From Tubiluchus corallicola (lineage: Eukaryota; Animalia; Priapulida): a stretch of DNA of 64,000 nucleotides. The translations under genes and the position numbers were made by a program. The stretch is taken from contig JAQGDQ010000905.1 of NCBI GenBank assembly GCA_030141605.1, positions 1-64,000 on the forward strand, given 5' to 3'. Below the pieces are notes generated by a model that was not told where the DNA came from, made no database searches, and saw nothing but the letters and a program-made list of their open reading frames with translations. The stretch's first letter is position 1, and the number at the start of each line of letters is the position of its first letter. This document shows, in pieces, positions 1 through 13,700 of this stretch.

Positions 1-2380
1 CATTCGTGTGCAATCACAGAGATATCGGAATTCATTTTATCAAAAGTTTTAAGGGTTTAGGAATGTGCACATACCCCTTAGTAAAAAAGTGGTCAAGCTC
101 ATTTACTATGTTTCCCACTAATCCAGTCAAAGTCTACTGGGACGGTTATCCCAGTTAAATTGTGCTAACTTCATCATAGTCCAGCTATTAAGAGATAAAT
201 TGTACAAAAATGAAAGAGGCTTGAAACTTTAATGAAGCACAATAGTTCCCCAGACTATGGTCATTAAGGGCACCCTATTTTCGCCAAAATCTAAGATGGC
301 CACCAAAATAAGAATGTCAATTTCAGTTGGCAAAAGTGCTCTATACGGGTTAGCGATAAATTTCAGGTTGGTACCAAACTTGAAAAATTATCTGAACTAA
401 AATCCAAGATAGCAGCCAAGACGGTTCCCAGACTGAAAACATCAATAGCTCCAGACGTAATATCCCTAGAAAGCATTGCAAGTGTACTGTTAGTGGTTTT
501 GGTGGATTGTTAGAAATTCAAAGTGGCAAAGGTCATTATTATAGCTATGCATTATTTCATGTTCTTGTAATTCTTGGAATATGGTTTCACTGACCACGGT
601 TTTAATTTATGCATTGCTTCATCTCTTAATGCTCCCCATTGTTACACCTCCCTAAAACATTACGCAACACCTATCTCTTTAACGTTTAAATAACTATAAG
701 TTTATTAGTTTTAGCAAAGACATTTTAATTTGTTTTTTCTAATTTTGGTTTGTCGTTGTCGTCCTCTTAATGGATCCATTTAATTTTGATAATTTCCTGC
801 TATTTTATTATTCTAACTACGTGCAAAGTTTGATGATTTGTTGAAGTTTGTGAAAGTATATTTTAACTTTGTTGTTGTAACATTTTCTCGGTTACTGTAA
901 AGCTCTTTCAGACATACTGTGTAAGGTGCTTAATAAAAATATTATTATTATTATTATTGGACAAAAGAAAATCATTTTTAATTATTCTAAATTTAAATTT
1001 ATGTTGTATATTTATCCTAATGTCATCATACTTTTTTAGTTTTGGATAGTGCTGCCACCTTCAGGTGCTCTTGTTAAAATTGTTGAACTTTCTCTTTCCT
1101 GTTTAAATTTTCATTGGCTTCTACAGTCTTTATGAATGCATAATCTCTAAACCTGTTTTCACACCTAAATGATTTCACTTGTAGTTCTGGTCACTTGGTT
1201 TTCTGCTTTTCAATATGACACTACTTCACTGTTTATGTAGGCATTTCAGAATAAAATCTGAAAAATAAATCTCAAGTTTTTTGGTTTCTTCAAACCAATT
1301 ATTTTTATTATTATTATTATTATTATCGTTCTCATTTAACTGCAATGCATGCAAACAACAATGTCTTTGTTTTCTTCATAAATTTCTTTATTCTCTACTA
1401 ATGTAATGAACTTTACAGAAGTTTGCAAATTTTACAAGGCTAAAGTTCAAAGTGTTATGGAAATTCAGTTTCATTATCAGGAACTTGTAAACAGTCGAGA
1501 AGAATTTATTGCAAAATTACAGAAGTGAATCCAACTGAATAACTGACGTAAATATTATATAGACTACACACGCCCACGCACGTGATCAATTTGTTGAAAT
1601 TAATTAACGATCTAAATATACTAAATCGCCTGTGCCTTTAACAGATAACATTGACAGGAATGAAATCTCCATGTGCATCATTACAAACACAAACGATGTA
1701 AAGTCACAATGTCAAAATTTTACAAGAGGTCAAGCTATTTACATAAAATGAAAGCTATAAATGAGACAAACTGACTGTTGACCTTTGACCTGTGGGTGAT
1801 GGGCTGAATAGTTAAGTGCTGAGGTTTCGTTGTGAAATTCACTTGCCTTGTTTTCAAGCAAAGAATAAAAGAAAATAAGCACTTTTAAAAAAGGCTGTCA
1901 TCTCTTCATTTTTATGGCTGAATTTTACAACTATTGTTTGCAAAATCTTCAATTTCTGACCAGGTCAGAATCATTGTCAACTAGTGTTATCTTTATTCGC
2001 TTTTACTGTTATTCTCGCCAACACATGCCTCCTAGCAGAGACAGATTCCAGGACCTTCCCAAGAGAAGCTAACTTCAGCAGCAGGCATAGTTTTCAATAC
2101 GGTTTTCAACCGACTATGATCAACCTCAAAAGCTAAGCAATCAGGCTAGCAATATGCATAACTTGCATTGGTTTACATTTGTGACATTTTTTAAATATAT
2201 TTACTACCCGTTTCGTGACCTTGCAGTTTTCTTCTTCTTCTTTTGAACACATGCCTTCGGAAATTTTGTGAGGCTGTAAAGCTTCTCAATGCGAAGTGGT
2301 GCAGGATTAGAGCATACCTCTGACAGAGATCAGTGGCAGAGAAAATGCTATTCTTCTGCTCTCCAATCAACACACCCGGT

Positions 2381-3275
2381 ACATTTGAGTTACCAAAACA
2401 CATTCGAAATCCCCATGTCTACATTTGACTTACCTAAGTCACATCTGAGTTACCAAAACACATTCGAAATCCCCATGTCTACATTTGACTTACCTAAGTT
2501 ACATCTGAGTTACCAAAACACATTCGAAATCCCCATGTCTACATTTGACTTACCTAAGTCACATCTGAGTTACCAAAACACATTCGAAATCCCCATGTCT
2601 ACATTTGACTTACCTAAGTCACATTTGAACTTTCCTGTGTCTACATTTGACTTACCTAAGTCACAGTTAAACTTTCCTGTGTCTACATTTGACGTGTAAA
2701 ACCTATAATAGTACATTATTATTTCACGTTAGTTTTTGTGAAGGATATCGTATGCTAACTAGAAATCTATTTTCAGTTTAATTGTATTTTTTTTAATTGT
2801 AAAGGTATTTAACAGGAGCAGATTACAAAATCACATCGAAACTGAAGAAAAAAGGGTTGACATTCGTCAGGACCTGTTATTGATAACTCATATTTCATTT
2901 GAAGAAAAATGTTCTTACTTGTTACTGGCGAATCGTACTAATCCATTTTCATGAATGTAAATCCTCAATGGTTGTAATGACGAGACGTAAGCATGTATTC
3001 TGATGTGAAACTTATAACCTTCAACAAGCAATGGCTTACTGATGTACCTAGAAGCACAAACAGTCATTGGATTTGGTTTGTTTTACTGTGCTACAATGGC
3101 GGCCCAGTGGGGGTGTTGCTTCAGAAAATCTTTAGCCATTATTTTAATACGAAATAATCATATGTAATTTTAATGTCGTAATTGTAATTTTAAACAAACA
3201 AGCATACAGAAATTTACACATAAACTTCACAAAATGATAAACAAAAAATGTTTTGCTTACGAACACCCTAATTCA
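2381..3275 (-). repeat. Inverted segmental duplicate of ~6043-6939 (contains a TTLL exon copy and parts of two flanking MITEs)
   Basis: Reverse complement aligns continuously with 6043-6939, with scattered substitutions. Confidence 0.93.
2919..3047 (-). pseudogene. Inverted copy of TTLL exon 6271-6399
   Basis: 129 nt, AG/GT intact; I see two differences (ttg>tta, agc>agt), both synonymous. Confidence 0.8.
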
Positions 3276-3276
3276 A

Positions 3277-4562
3277 CACACTCAGTTTTCATTGCTTAAC
3301 CCTCATTGAAGTACAGTCACCAATAAACACTCAGTTTTCATTGCTTAATCGTTCATTGCAGTACAGTCACCAATGAACACTCTGTTTTCATTCCTTAACC
3401 ATTCATTGCAGTACAGTCACCAATAAACACTCAGTTTTCATTGCTTAACCGTTCATTGCAGTACAGCTACCAATAAAACCCAGTTTTCATTGCTTAACCG
3501 TTCATTGCAGTGCAGTCGCCAATAAACACTCAGCTTTCATTGCTTAACCGTTCATTGCAGTACAGTCACCAATAAACACTCAGTTTTCATTGCTTAACCG
3601 TTGATTGCAGTACAGCCACCAATAAACACTCAGTTTTCATTGCTTAACCGTTCATTGCAGTACAGCCACCAATAAACACTCAGTTTTCATTGCTTAACCG
3701 TTCATTGCAGTACAGCCACCAATAAACACTCAGTTTTCATTGCTTAACCGTTCATTGCAGTACAGCCACCAATAAACACTCAGTTTTCATTGCTTAACCG
3801 TTCATTGCAGTACAGTCACCAATAAACACTCAGTTTTCATTGCTTAACCGTTCATTGCAGTACAGTCACCAATAAACACTCAGTTTTCATTGCTTAACCG
3901 TTGATTGCAGTACAGTCATCAATAAACACTCAGTTTTCATTGCTTAACCGTTGATTGCAGTACAGCCACCAATAAACACTCAGTTTTCATTGCTTAACCA
4001 TTCATTGCAGTACAGCCAATAATAAACACTCAGTTTTCATTGCTTAACTGTTCATTGCAGTACAGCCAATAATAAACACTCAGTTTTCATTGCTTAACCA
4101 TTCATTGCAGCCGCCCATAAACTCTCAGTTTTCATTGTTTTACACTTCATTGCAGTACAGCCAATAATAAACACTCAATTTTCATTGCTTAACCGTTGAT
4201 TGCAGTACAGCCGCCCTTAAACTCTCAGTTTTCATTGTTTTACACTTCATTGCAGTACAGCCACCAATAAACACTCAGTTTTCATTGTTTAACCGTTCAT
4301 TGCAGTACGGCCACCAATAAACACTCAGTCTTCATTGTTTAACCGTTCATTGCAGTAGAACCACCAATAAACACTCAGTTTTCATTGCTTAACCGTTCAT
4401 TGCAGTACAGCCACCAATAAACACTCAGTTTTCATTGCTTAACCATTCATTGCAGTACAGCCAATAATAAACACTCAGTTTTCATTGCTTAACCGTTGAT
4501 TGCAGTACAGCCGCCCATAAACACACAGTGTTCATTGTTTTACACTTCATTGCAGTACAGCC
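3277..4562. repeat. 50-bp minisatellite, ~25 copies, ending in the TTLL exon acceptor
   Basis: Unit aataaacactcagttttcattgcttaaccgttcattgcagtacagccacc; period 50. Confidence 0.95.
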
Positions 4563-4750
4563 ATTTCCCAGGATCGGGCAAACACAATGCGAACAAGGAC
4601 AGCTTTTGGAGGAGCATGCTGCACATGCGCAAAAAATTTGGCTCAAAAGAATTCGGTTTTGTGCCAATCAGCTTTCTTCTGCCTAGCCAGATGACAAAGT
4701 TTCTGCGTTACTATGACAACCATCCTCAGGGAAAATGGATATATAAACCA
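4556..4750 (+). CDS. TTLL4: TTLL4-like exon (YSHFPGS...GKWIYKP)
   Basis: ttgcAG acceptor at 4554-4555, GTaagt donor at 4751; phase 0/0, 65 codons. Confidence 0.88.
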
Positions 4751-7700
4751 GTAAGTCCTAGCGCATAGTGTCTCAGTATTAGTTGCCTTTAACTAGATTT
4801 TTATTGAATGTGCAGCGGTTATTGAACAAATTCTAATATCTAGCTTTTATTGCTTCGAATTCTAATCAGAATGCTGCTAATTAATAAAAATTATTTTGTT
4901 TTTTTCCTCTCATACTTTCATAATCCTCATGCAGTATACCATGTTTGGTGGAAGAGGTATGGCAGTTTTGAGCAACCGTAGTCAGATACCAAACAACCTT
5001 GGCAATCCTGTGATCATTCAGAGGTTTGTGTAGTATGGCTCATTTGTCACTGGTCCACTTTTCTGCATAAATTTCGTATTACTAGATAGATAAAATAACT
5101 ACACTACTGGTATAGTGGAAAATCATGTGGTCGATATCCAAGACTAATGTTGAGAGTGCTACGTGCTATGAGAAAGACCCACTATGAATTAACACAAAGA
5201 CTCTTGAGAAGTAGAATTTTATGAAATTCTTGGCTTTTGTCAGAAATTAAAAGATCTGCGTGGATTCGTGTAAAATTCGGTTTTTTGTCGCTTCGCTTTT
5301 TATTGACTATTTGTTAAAGTGTCCGTGACACTAAGACCCCACCCCAAGAGTAACTCCAAAATTCGACAAATGTTTTCGACTTTTTTCTCTTAAGATTCTG
5401 TCCAAAAAAATTGTGTTTTATTTTCCTGTCCATTACCTGGTATTGAGCCTGCAGGACAAGTTTTTATACTAGTTAGTTCTGTTCATTCTTAACCTTGATT
5501 CGTATCCAGTTAAGTTAAAAACCTCGACAAAACGTGGGCACTTTCTATTCTAACACAGCATGGACACTTTCTATTCTAACACAGCATGGACACTTTCTAT
5601 TCTAACACACCATGGACACTTTATATTCTAACACAGCATGGACACTTTATATTCTAACACAGCATGGACACTTTCTATTCTAACACAGCATGGACACTTT
5701 CTATTCTAACACAGCAGTGGCGACTCATGTGTTACTGTGGAACTGCAGCACACCCTATTTTCACTCAATATTATCGATAGTATTCAAATGTTTTATCTTT
5801 AGTTTTTCCTTTAGTTTTTGCTTGCACAGAACCAGAGCACGTGAGAGTAGTACTGCTTGCTTCACAGCTCAGCACAGTGGACTGCTCGGCTGTAGGGCGC
5901 ATGCGCGCGCGTCTGAGATAACATACTGTACGGTGCACTGCTGGCATCTGCTGATAGGTAGAAAAAATACTGTCGCTAACGCAGTTTGTTGTGAGTTGTC
6001 ACGTGCTTAAAAACCGTGTACCGGCATATTCTTGAACTGTGGTGAATTAGGGTGTTCGTAAGCAAAAATTTTTTTGCTTAACATTTTGTGAAGTTTATAT
6101 ATAAACTTTTGTATGTTTGTTTGTTTAAAATTACAATTACAACATTAAAATTACATATGATTATTTCGTATTAAAATAATGGCTAAAGATTTTCTGAAGC
6201 AGCACCCCCACTGGGCCGCCATTGTAACACAGTAAAACAAACCAAATCCAATGACTGTTTGTGCTTCTAGGTACATCAGTAAGCCATTGCTTGTTGAAGG
6301 TTATAAGTTTCACATCAGAATACATGCTTACGTCTCGTCATTGCAACCATTGAGGATTTACATTCATGAAAATGGATTAGTACGATTCGCCAGCAACAAG
6401 TAAGAACGTTTTTCTTCAAATGAAATACGATTTATCAATATCAGGTCCTGACGAATGTCAACCCTTTTTTCTTCAGTTTCGATGTGATTTTGTAATCTGC
6501 TCCTGTTAAATACCTTTACAATTAAAAACAAATTACACTTAAACAGAAAAGAGATTTCTAGTTAACACGAGATATCCTTCACAAAACCTAACGTGAATTA
6601 ATAATGTACTATTATAGGTTTTACACGTCAAATGTAGACACAGGAAAGTTTAACTGTGACTTAGGTAAGTCAAATGTAGACACAGGAAAGTTCAAATGTG
6701 ACTTAGGTAAGTCAAATGTAGACATAGGGATTTCGAATGTGTTTTTGTAACTCAAATGTGACTTACGTAAGTGAAATGTAGACATGGGGATTTCGAATGT
6801 GTTTTGGTAACTCAGATGTGACTTAGGTAAGTCAAATGTAGACATGGGGATTTCGAATGTGTTTTGGTAACTCAGATGTGACTTAGGTAAGTCAAATGTA
6901 GACAAAAGAATTTCGAATGTGTTTTGGTAACTCAAATGTGACTTAGGTAAGTCAAATGTAGACATGGGGATTTCGAATGTGTTTTGGTAACTCAGATGTG
7001 ACTTAGGTAAGTCAAATGTAGACATGGGGATTTCGAATGTGTTTTGGTAACTCAGATGTGACTTAGGTAAGTCAAATGTAGACATGGGGATTTCGAATGT
7101 GTTTTGGTAACTCAGATGTGACTTAGGTAAGTCAAATGTAGATATGGGAATTTCGAATGTGTTTTTGTAACTCAAATGTGACTTAGGTAAGTCAAATGTA
7201 GACATGGGGATTTCGAATGTGTTTTGGTAACTCAGATGTGACTTAGGTAAGTCAAATGTAGACATGGGGATTTCGAATGTGTTTTGGTAACTCAGATGTG
7301 ACTTAGGTAAGTCAAATGTAGACATGGGGATTTCGAATGTGTTTTGGTAACTCAGATGTGACTTAGGTAAGTCAAATGTAGACATGGGGATTTCGAATGT
7401 GTTTTGGTAACTCAGATGTGACTTAGGTAAGTCAAATGTAGATATGGGAATTTCGAATGTGTTTTTGTAACTCAAATGTGACTTACGTAAGTGAAATGTA
7501 GATGCAGTGCTTTGAATAAATCGGTAATTCACTCATTTAAGTGCAAATACAATAAGATAAACCAAAGATAGTCATCATTTCTTCATAACTTTGAAAAATG
7601 CGTTGTTTAAACTCACACTGAATACTTTGATAAACCATAATGTCAGCAGAATCACTAATTAGTTTTTTAAGTAATACATTAGCACTGCATTAATGAATTA

Positions 7701-10700
7701 GTTTCTCTCAAGAAACATTGTTTATTTTAAGAATGTATTGTTTTCTCTAACAGTTCCAATGGTATGTAAAGTTTACAGAATATTAGTGAACTATTATTAG
7801 ACCTATAAAGTTATTATTTTCACAGCAATTATTAAATTAAGATTAAAGGAAATTAAATTTAACATCCTTAAGCTTCTATCCACATTTGAGATACCAATGT
7901 CACATTTGATTTGACATGTGTCTACATTTGACTTACCAAAAACGCTTAAGATTTCTTGAAAAACCATTGTTAACACATTTGAACTACCTAAGTCTACATT
8001 TGAGTTACCAAGACACATTTGAACTACGCGAGTCTACATATGAGTTACCAAGACACATATGAATTACCTAAATCTACATTTGACTTAACATACGTCTACA
8101 TTTGAGATGCAAAACCTATAAAAGGAAAACTTCTCTTTCCCACAAACTCATGTACTGCAGATTTCAACGTTACATTGGAACAGTATAATGTCCGTTTAAA
8201 TTTATCGCGCAAAAGAGAACCAAAGTTTTAATGATTTTAAATTATTATAAATAATAATAATTTAATTTTTTATTTATACATTATAAATAATAATAATGTG
8301 TTTTTTCGTTTTTTCTATATTTTCTCAAGATTCGTCCGAAGAGGGTTGAGCGCTCTTGCTTAACCTGGCGGCCACTTCCCCAAACACAAGAAATTAGTTC
8401 GTGAATTGGATAAGGATTAAGCTTAAGTTAAGAATTATGGTTAGGATCAGAGTTGGGCTTTGGGTAAGGGATAGGGTTACGGTTAGGTTGTGTTGAATTG
8501 GAAGCTCCTTCTGAACAGAAGAAAGAAACGCAAAATTGCTATTTACCACTCTGTCTTACAATTAGATCACGTTTTCAACGAGATGTGTAAGCACAATATT
8601 TCAATTAATGTAAAAGCGAACTTTCACACAAATATAACAATAACCAAAGTTTTAGATGTGGAACGTACCGAACGATTGGAAAATTTCGCTGGAGTTTTAG
8701 CGAGAGAAGATTGCTAGCAAGCTTTACTAGCCAATCAGGTAAGCTCACTAGGTGCACGTGACTTGGGTAGCTCTACCAAGGCCAGCCTGGGAACTTTTTC
8801 CTGATTATTCCTGCTGAATTGTCATTATAGTGCAAATAGTGCAAATAGCAAAAGTCTTTCACAGTTCAATGCAGTTTTCTATTCTCTTCCTGTTTTAACC
8901 ATCAGAGTGAACCCGTCATATAATTCAGTGTAAAAGTATGTATTTCAAGCTCTTTACAAATCAGCTGTAAAGTGAACAGCATAGGTGGGTAAGAAATTGT
9001 CACATTACCTCGATCATATTGCTGCATTGGAAATCAAAAACGTGTTGAGTCTTGTGATTGTTTTTATTTCATGGATCATATTGATGCACTGGAATCAAAA
9101 ACGTGTTGAGTCTTGTGATTGTTTTTATTTCATGGATCATATTGATGCATTGGAAATCAAAAACGTGTTGAGTTTTGTGATTGTTTTTATTTCATGGATC
9201 ATATTGATGCACTGGAATCAAAAACGTGTTGAGTTTTGTGATTGTTTTTATTTCATGGATCATATTGATGCACTGGAATCAAAAACGTGTTGAGTCTTGT
9301 GATTCTTTTTATTTCATGGATCATATTGATGCATTGAAAATCAAAAACGTGTTGAGTCTTGTGATTGTTTTTATTTCATGGATCATATTGATGCATTGGA
9401 AATCAAAAACGTGTTGAGTCTTGTGATTGTTTTTATTTCATGGATCATATTGATGCACTGGAATCAAAAACGTGTTGAGTCTTGTGATCGTTTTTATTTC
9501 ATGGATCATATTGATGCATTGGAAATCAAAAACGTGTTGAGTTTTGTGATTGTTTTTATTTCATGGATCATATTGATGCACTGGAATCAAAAACGTGTTG
9601 AGTCTTGTGATTGTTTTTATTTCATGGATCATATTGATGCATTGGAAATCAAAAACGTGTTGAGTTTTGTGATTGTTTTAATTTCATGGATCATATTGAT
9701 GCACTGGAATCAAAAACGTGTTGAGTCTTGTGATTGTTTTTATTTCATGGATCATATTGATGCATTGGAAATCAAAAACGTGTTGAGTCTTGTGATTGTT
9801 TTTATTTCAGATACTCCAGCAAAGATGCTGATGTATCCGACAATTTCATGCATCTCACAAACATTGATTTGAATAAAAGGAACAATCAGTCAAGGCACAA
9901 TATTACCTTCAGTCCAACGTATAACTACATGTGGTATGTCGCACACTTTCATTTACGATTTTTAAACGAAAGTACTGTAATTAAGCATGTGCTGCCACCT
10001 ACATTTATAATTGTTTATCATTATAAGTTGGCTCAAGTTTAATCCAGGTTGTGGACTTGGTCTGGGCTGCTCAGTTACCTGTACCTGCTGGACTTCCTGT
10101 ATATGGTAGGAAAGAATGCTAGTGTGTTTTACTAGCCAATCAGATAAACTTAGTTGGTGCATGTGACTTGGGTAGCTCTACCACGGTCAGCCTGGATTTT
10201 TTCTTCTGATTATTGCTGCTGAGATGTCACCATGTGTGTCTTCCTTTCATGTAAATAACGTAAATAGTAAATAAAGTCTTTCACATTTCAATGCAGTTTT
10301 CTATTCTCTTCTTGCTTTATCCACCAGGGGAAGTTCATATAATTCAGTCTAAAAGTGTCTATTTCAAGTTCTCTACTAATTCAGCTATAAAGTTTCTATA
10401 AGTGTTTATAAAGCCAGCTATATGTTAAGTAGCTCACAGCTTCTGTCAGATGGCAGGAGGTCACGGCTGACAAGGGCATCTTAGGCACAACTTTACTCTT
10501 CTCACAAGAGTCCATTTGCATTCTTCCTTTATCTACTGGTATTCTGTACCTTTACTCTTCTCATAAGAGTCCATTTGCATTCTTCCTTTATCTACTGGTA
10601 TTCTGTATCTTTACTCTTCTCACAAGAGTCCATTTGCATTCTTCCTTTATCTACTGGTATTCTGTATCTTTACTCTTCTCACAAGAGTCCATTTGCATTC

Positions 10701-13700
10701 TTCCTTTATCTACTGGTATTCTGTACTTTTACTCTTCACACAAGAGTCCATTTGCATTCTTCCTTTATCTACTGGTATTCTGTACCTTTACTCTTCTCAC
10801 AAGAGTCCATTTGCATTCTTCCTTTATCTACTGGTATTCTGTACCTTTACTCTTCTCACAAGAGTCCATTTGCATTCTTCCTTTATCTACTGGTATTCTG
10901 TACCTTTTACTCTTCTCACAAGAGTCCAATTTGCATTCTTCCTTTATCTACTGGTATTCTGTACCTTTACTCTTCTCACAAGAGTCCATTTGCATTCTTC
11001 CTTTATCTACTGGTATTCTGTACCTTTACTCTTCTCACAAGAGTCCATTTGCATTCTTCCTTTATCTACTGGTATTCTGTATCTTTACTCTTCTCACAAG
11101 AGTCCATTTGCATTCTTCCTTTATCTACTGGTATTCTGTACTTTTACTCTTCACACAAGAGTCCAATTTGCATTCTTCCTTTATCTACTGGTATTCTGTA
11201 CCTTTACTCTTCTCACAAGAGTCCATTTGCATTCTTCCTTTATCTACTGGTATTCTGTACTTTTACTCTTCACACAAGAGTCCAATTTGCATTCTTCCTT
11301 TATCTACTGGTATTCTGTACCTTTACTCTTCTCACAAGAGTCCATTTGCATTCGTTCTTTATCTACTGGTATTCTGTACCTTTACTCTTCTCGCAAGAGT
11401 CCATTTGCATTCTTCCTTTATCTACTGGTATTCTGTACTTTTACTCTTCACACAAGAGTCCAATTTGCATTCTTCCTTTATCTACTGGTATTCTGGACTT
11501 TTACTCTTTTCACAAGAGTCCATTTGCATTCTTCCTTTATCTACTGGTATTCTGTACTTTTACTCTTCACACAAGAGTCCAATTTGCATTCTTCCTTTAT
11601 CTACTGGTATTCTGTACCTTTACTCTTCTCACAAGAGTCCATTTGCATTCTTTCTTTATCTACTGGTATTCTGTACCTTTACTCTTCTCGCAAGAGTCCA
11701 TTTGCATTCTTCCTTTATCTACTGGTATTCTGTACTTTTACTCTTCACACAAGAGTCCAATTTGCATTCTTCCTTTATCTACTGGTATTCTGTACTTTTA
11801 CTCTTCACACAAGAGTCCATTTGCATTCTTTCCTTATCTACTGGTATTCTGTATCTTTGCTCTTCTCACAAGAGTCCATTTGCATTCTTCCTTTATCTAC
11901 TGGTCTTCTGTACCTTTACTCTTCTCACAAGAGTCCATTTGCATTCTTCCTTTTTTTGTTGTGCCAATTGGTTTATACATTAAAGTTTGATGTTCCGTCT
12001 TTAGTTCAAATTATTGAATTTGACACTTGTATAATTGTATTCCTATTAATGAAGTATATTTATTTTTTAGCTTTATATATGTATGTATTTATATCTTCGT
12101 AAACAGTGTTTGTATTGTGTGAACTGTAATTGGAATTGCCCTATAAAATATGTTAAAATATGCTTTCAGGACCATAAAAACTTTTTGGCAATACTTGGAA
12201 TACAAAGGATTGGGAAATAAGGATGACTTATGGCAGAAGATACAAGATATGATTATAAAACAAGTCATAAGGTATTTCCTTAATTCCTGGATGATAAAAA
12301 CGATATAACATGTCAGTTTGATCGAAAACTACATTTTCTTCAATTTCGTTTACAGTGCGGAATGGGTGCTGAATCACATGATGAACGCTCATGTCAAAAG
12401 TCGTTATTCCTGTCACGAGATCTACGGTTACGACTTCATGTTGGACAAGAATCTCACCCCTTGGATGCTAGAAGTTAATGCAGCGAGCCCTTGGTAAGTG
12501 AAAGAACATGAAAGGATAAAGGCGAGTCGTGTAGTCCACCACTGCAGCTGGCTTCTGAAAGCCAGGTGAACACAGGTTCAAATACCTGCTTTGCATGGCT
12601 TCATTTGCCGTACAGTTTGCATCATTGTGGAGAAAGCATTTACATTTGGTGTGACTGAGGTGTCACTAGGTTCAGGGCTTCCTTTTAGCAGATTAACGGT
12701 GATTATTCAGGCTCCTGTCACAAGACAAACATCCACACTGCACCCCGTCATTCGATCTTGGAATCTGGCTTTTCCAGTACAGCGATTATAAAAAATATCG
12801 ACACATCAAATCACATTCACACGAAAAAAAGGATTACAAAAGGTTGGGTCAGAAATGATTGTCATCTTATACTGAACTTTGTCTAATTTTGATTGCCAAT
12901 CAATTAACGATCTATTTTGACCTTCGATTGGTGGTTGAAGTGTGCTAATGATCTTTCTGGCCTTGGAACGGTGAATCAAAGTGTCTATGACATTTGCGAT
13001 AACACGTTGCAGTACGTTTGACCTTAGTTTGGTGAGCTAGAGTGTGTTAACCTCCATTTTGACCTTAAGTTGGGGAATCAGAGTGTGTTAACCTCCATTT
13101 TGACCTTAGTTTGGTGAGCTAGAGTGTGTTAACCTCCATTTTGACCTTAGATTGGGGAATCAGAGTGTGTTAACCTCCATTTTGACCTTAGTTTGGTGAG
13201 CTAGAGTGTGTTAACCTCCATTTTGACCTTAGATTGGGGAATCAGAGTGTGTTAACCTCCATTTTGACCTTAGTTTGGTGAGCTAGAGTGTATTAACCTC
13301 CATTTTGACCTTAGGTTGGTGAATCAGAGTGTGTTAACCTCCATTTTGACCTTAAGTTGGTGAGTCAGAGTGTGTTAACCTCCATTTTGACCTTAAGTTG
13401 GTGAATCAGAGTGTGTTAACCTCCATTTTGACCTTAGATTGGGGAATCAGAGTGTGTTAACCTCCATTTTGACCTTAGTTTGGTGAGCTAGAGTGTGTTA
13501 ACCTCCATTTTGACCTTAGATTGGTGAATCAGAGTGTTTTAACCTCCATTTTGACCTTAGATTGGTGAGTCAGAGTGTTTTAACCTCCATTTTGACCTTA
13601 AGTTGGTGAATCAGAGTGTTTTAACCTCCATTTTGACCTTAGATTGGTGAGTCAGAGTGTTTTAACCTCCATTTTGACCTTAAGTTGGTGAATCAGAGTG

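Noticed and set aside
1419-1528. Short open segment after tttacAG as the missing TTLL 5' exon
   Set aside because: No similarity to the expected TTLL4 upstream motifs and no good donor
6621-7532. 303-aa repeat ORF (and 2289-2699)
   Set aside because: 60-bp subterminal repeats of a TIR element
8430-8490. Telomere-like TTAGGG motifs (also ~33935)
   Set aside because: Degenerate, few copies, part of an interspersed repeat
10575-12102. Three 450-470 aa overlapping ORFs
   Set aside because: Translations of a stop-free 59-bp minisatellite inside a TTLL intron
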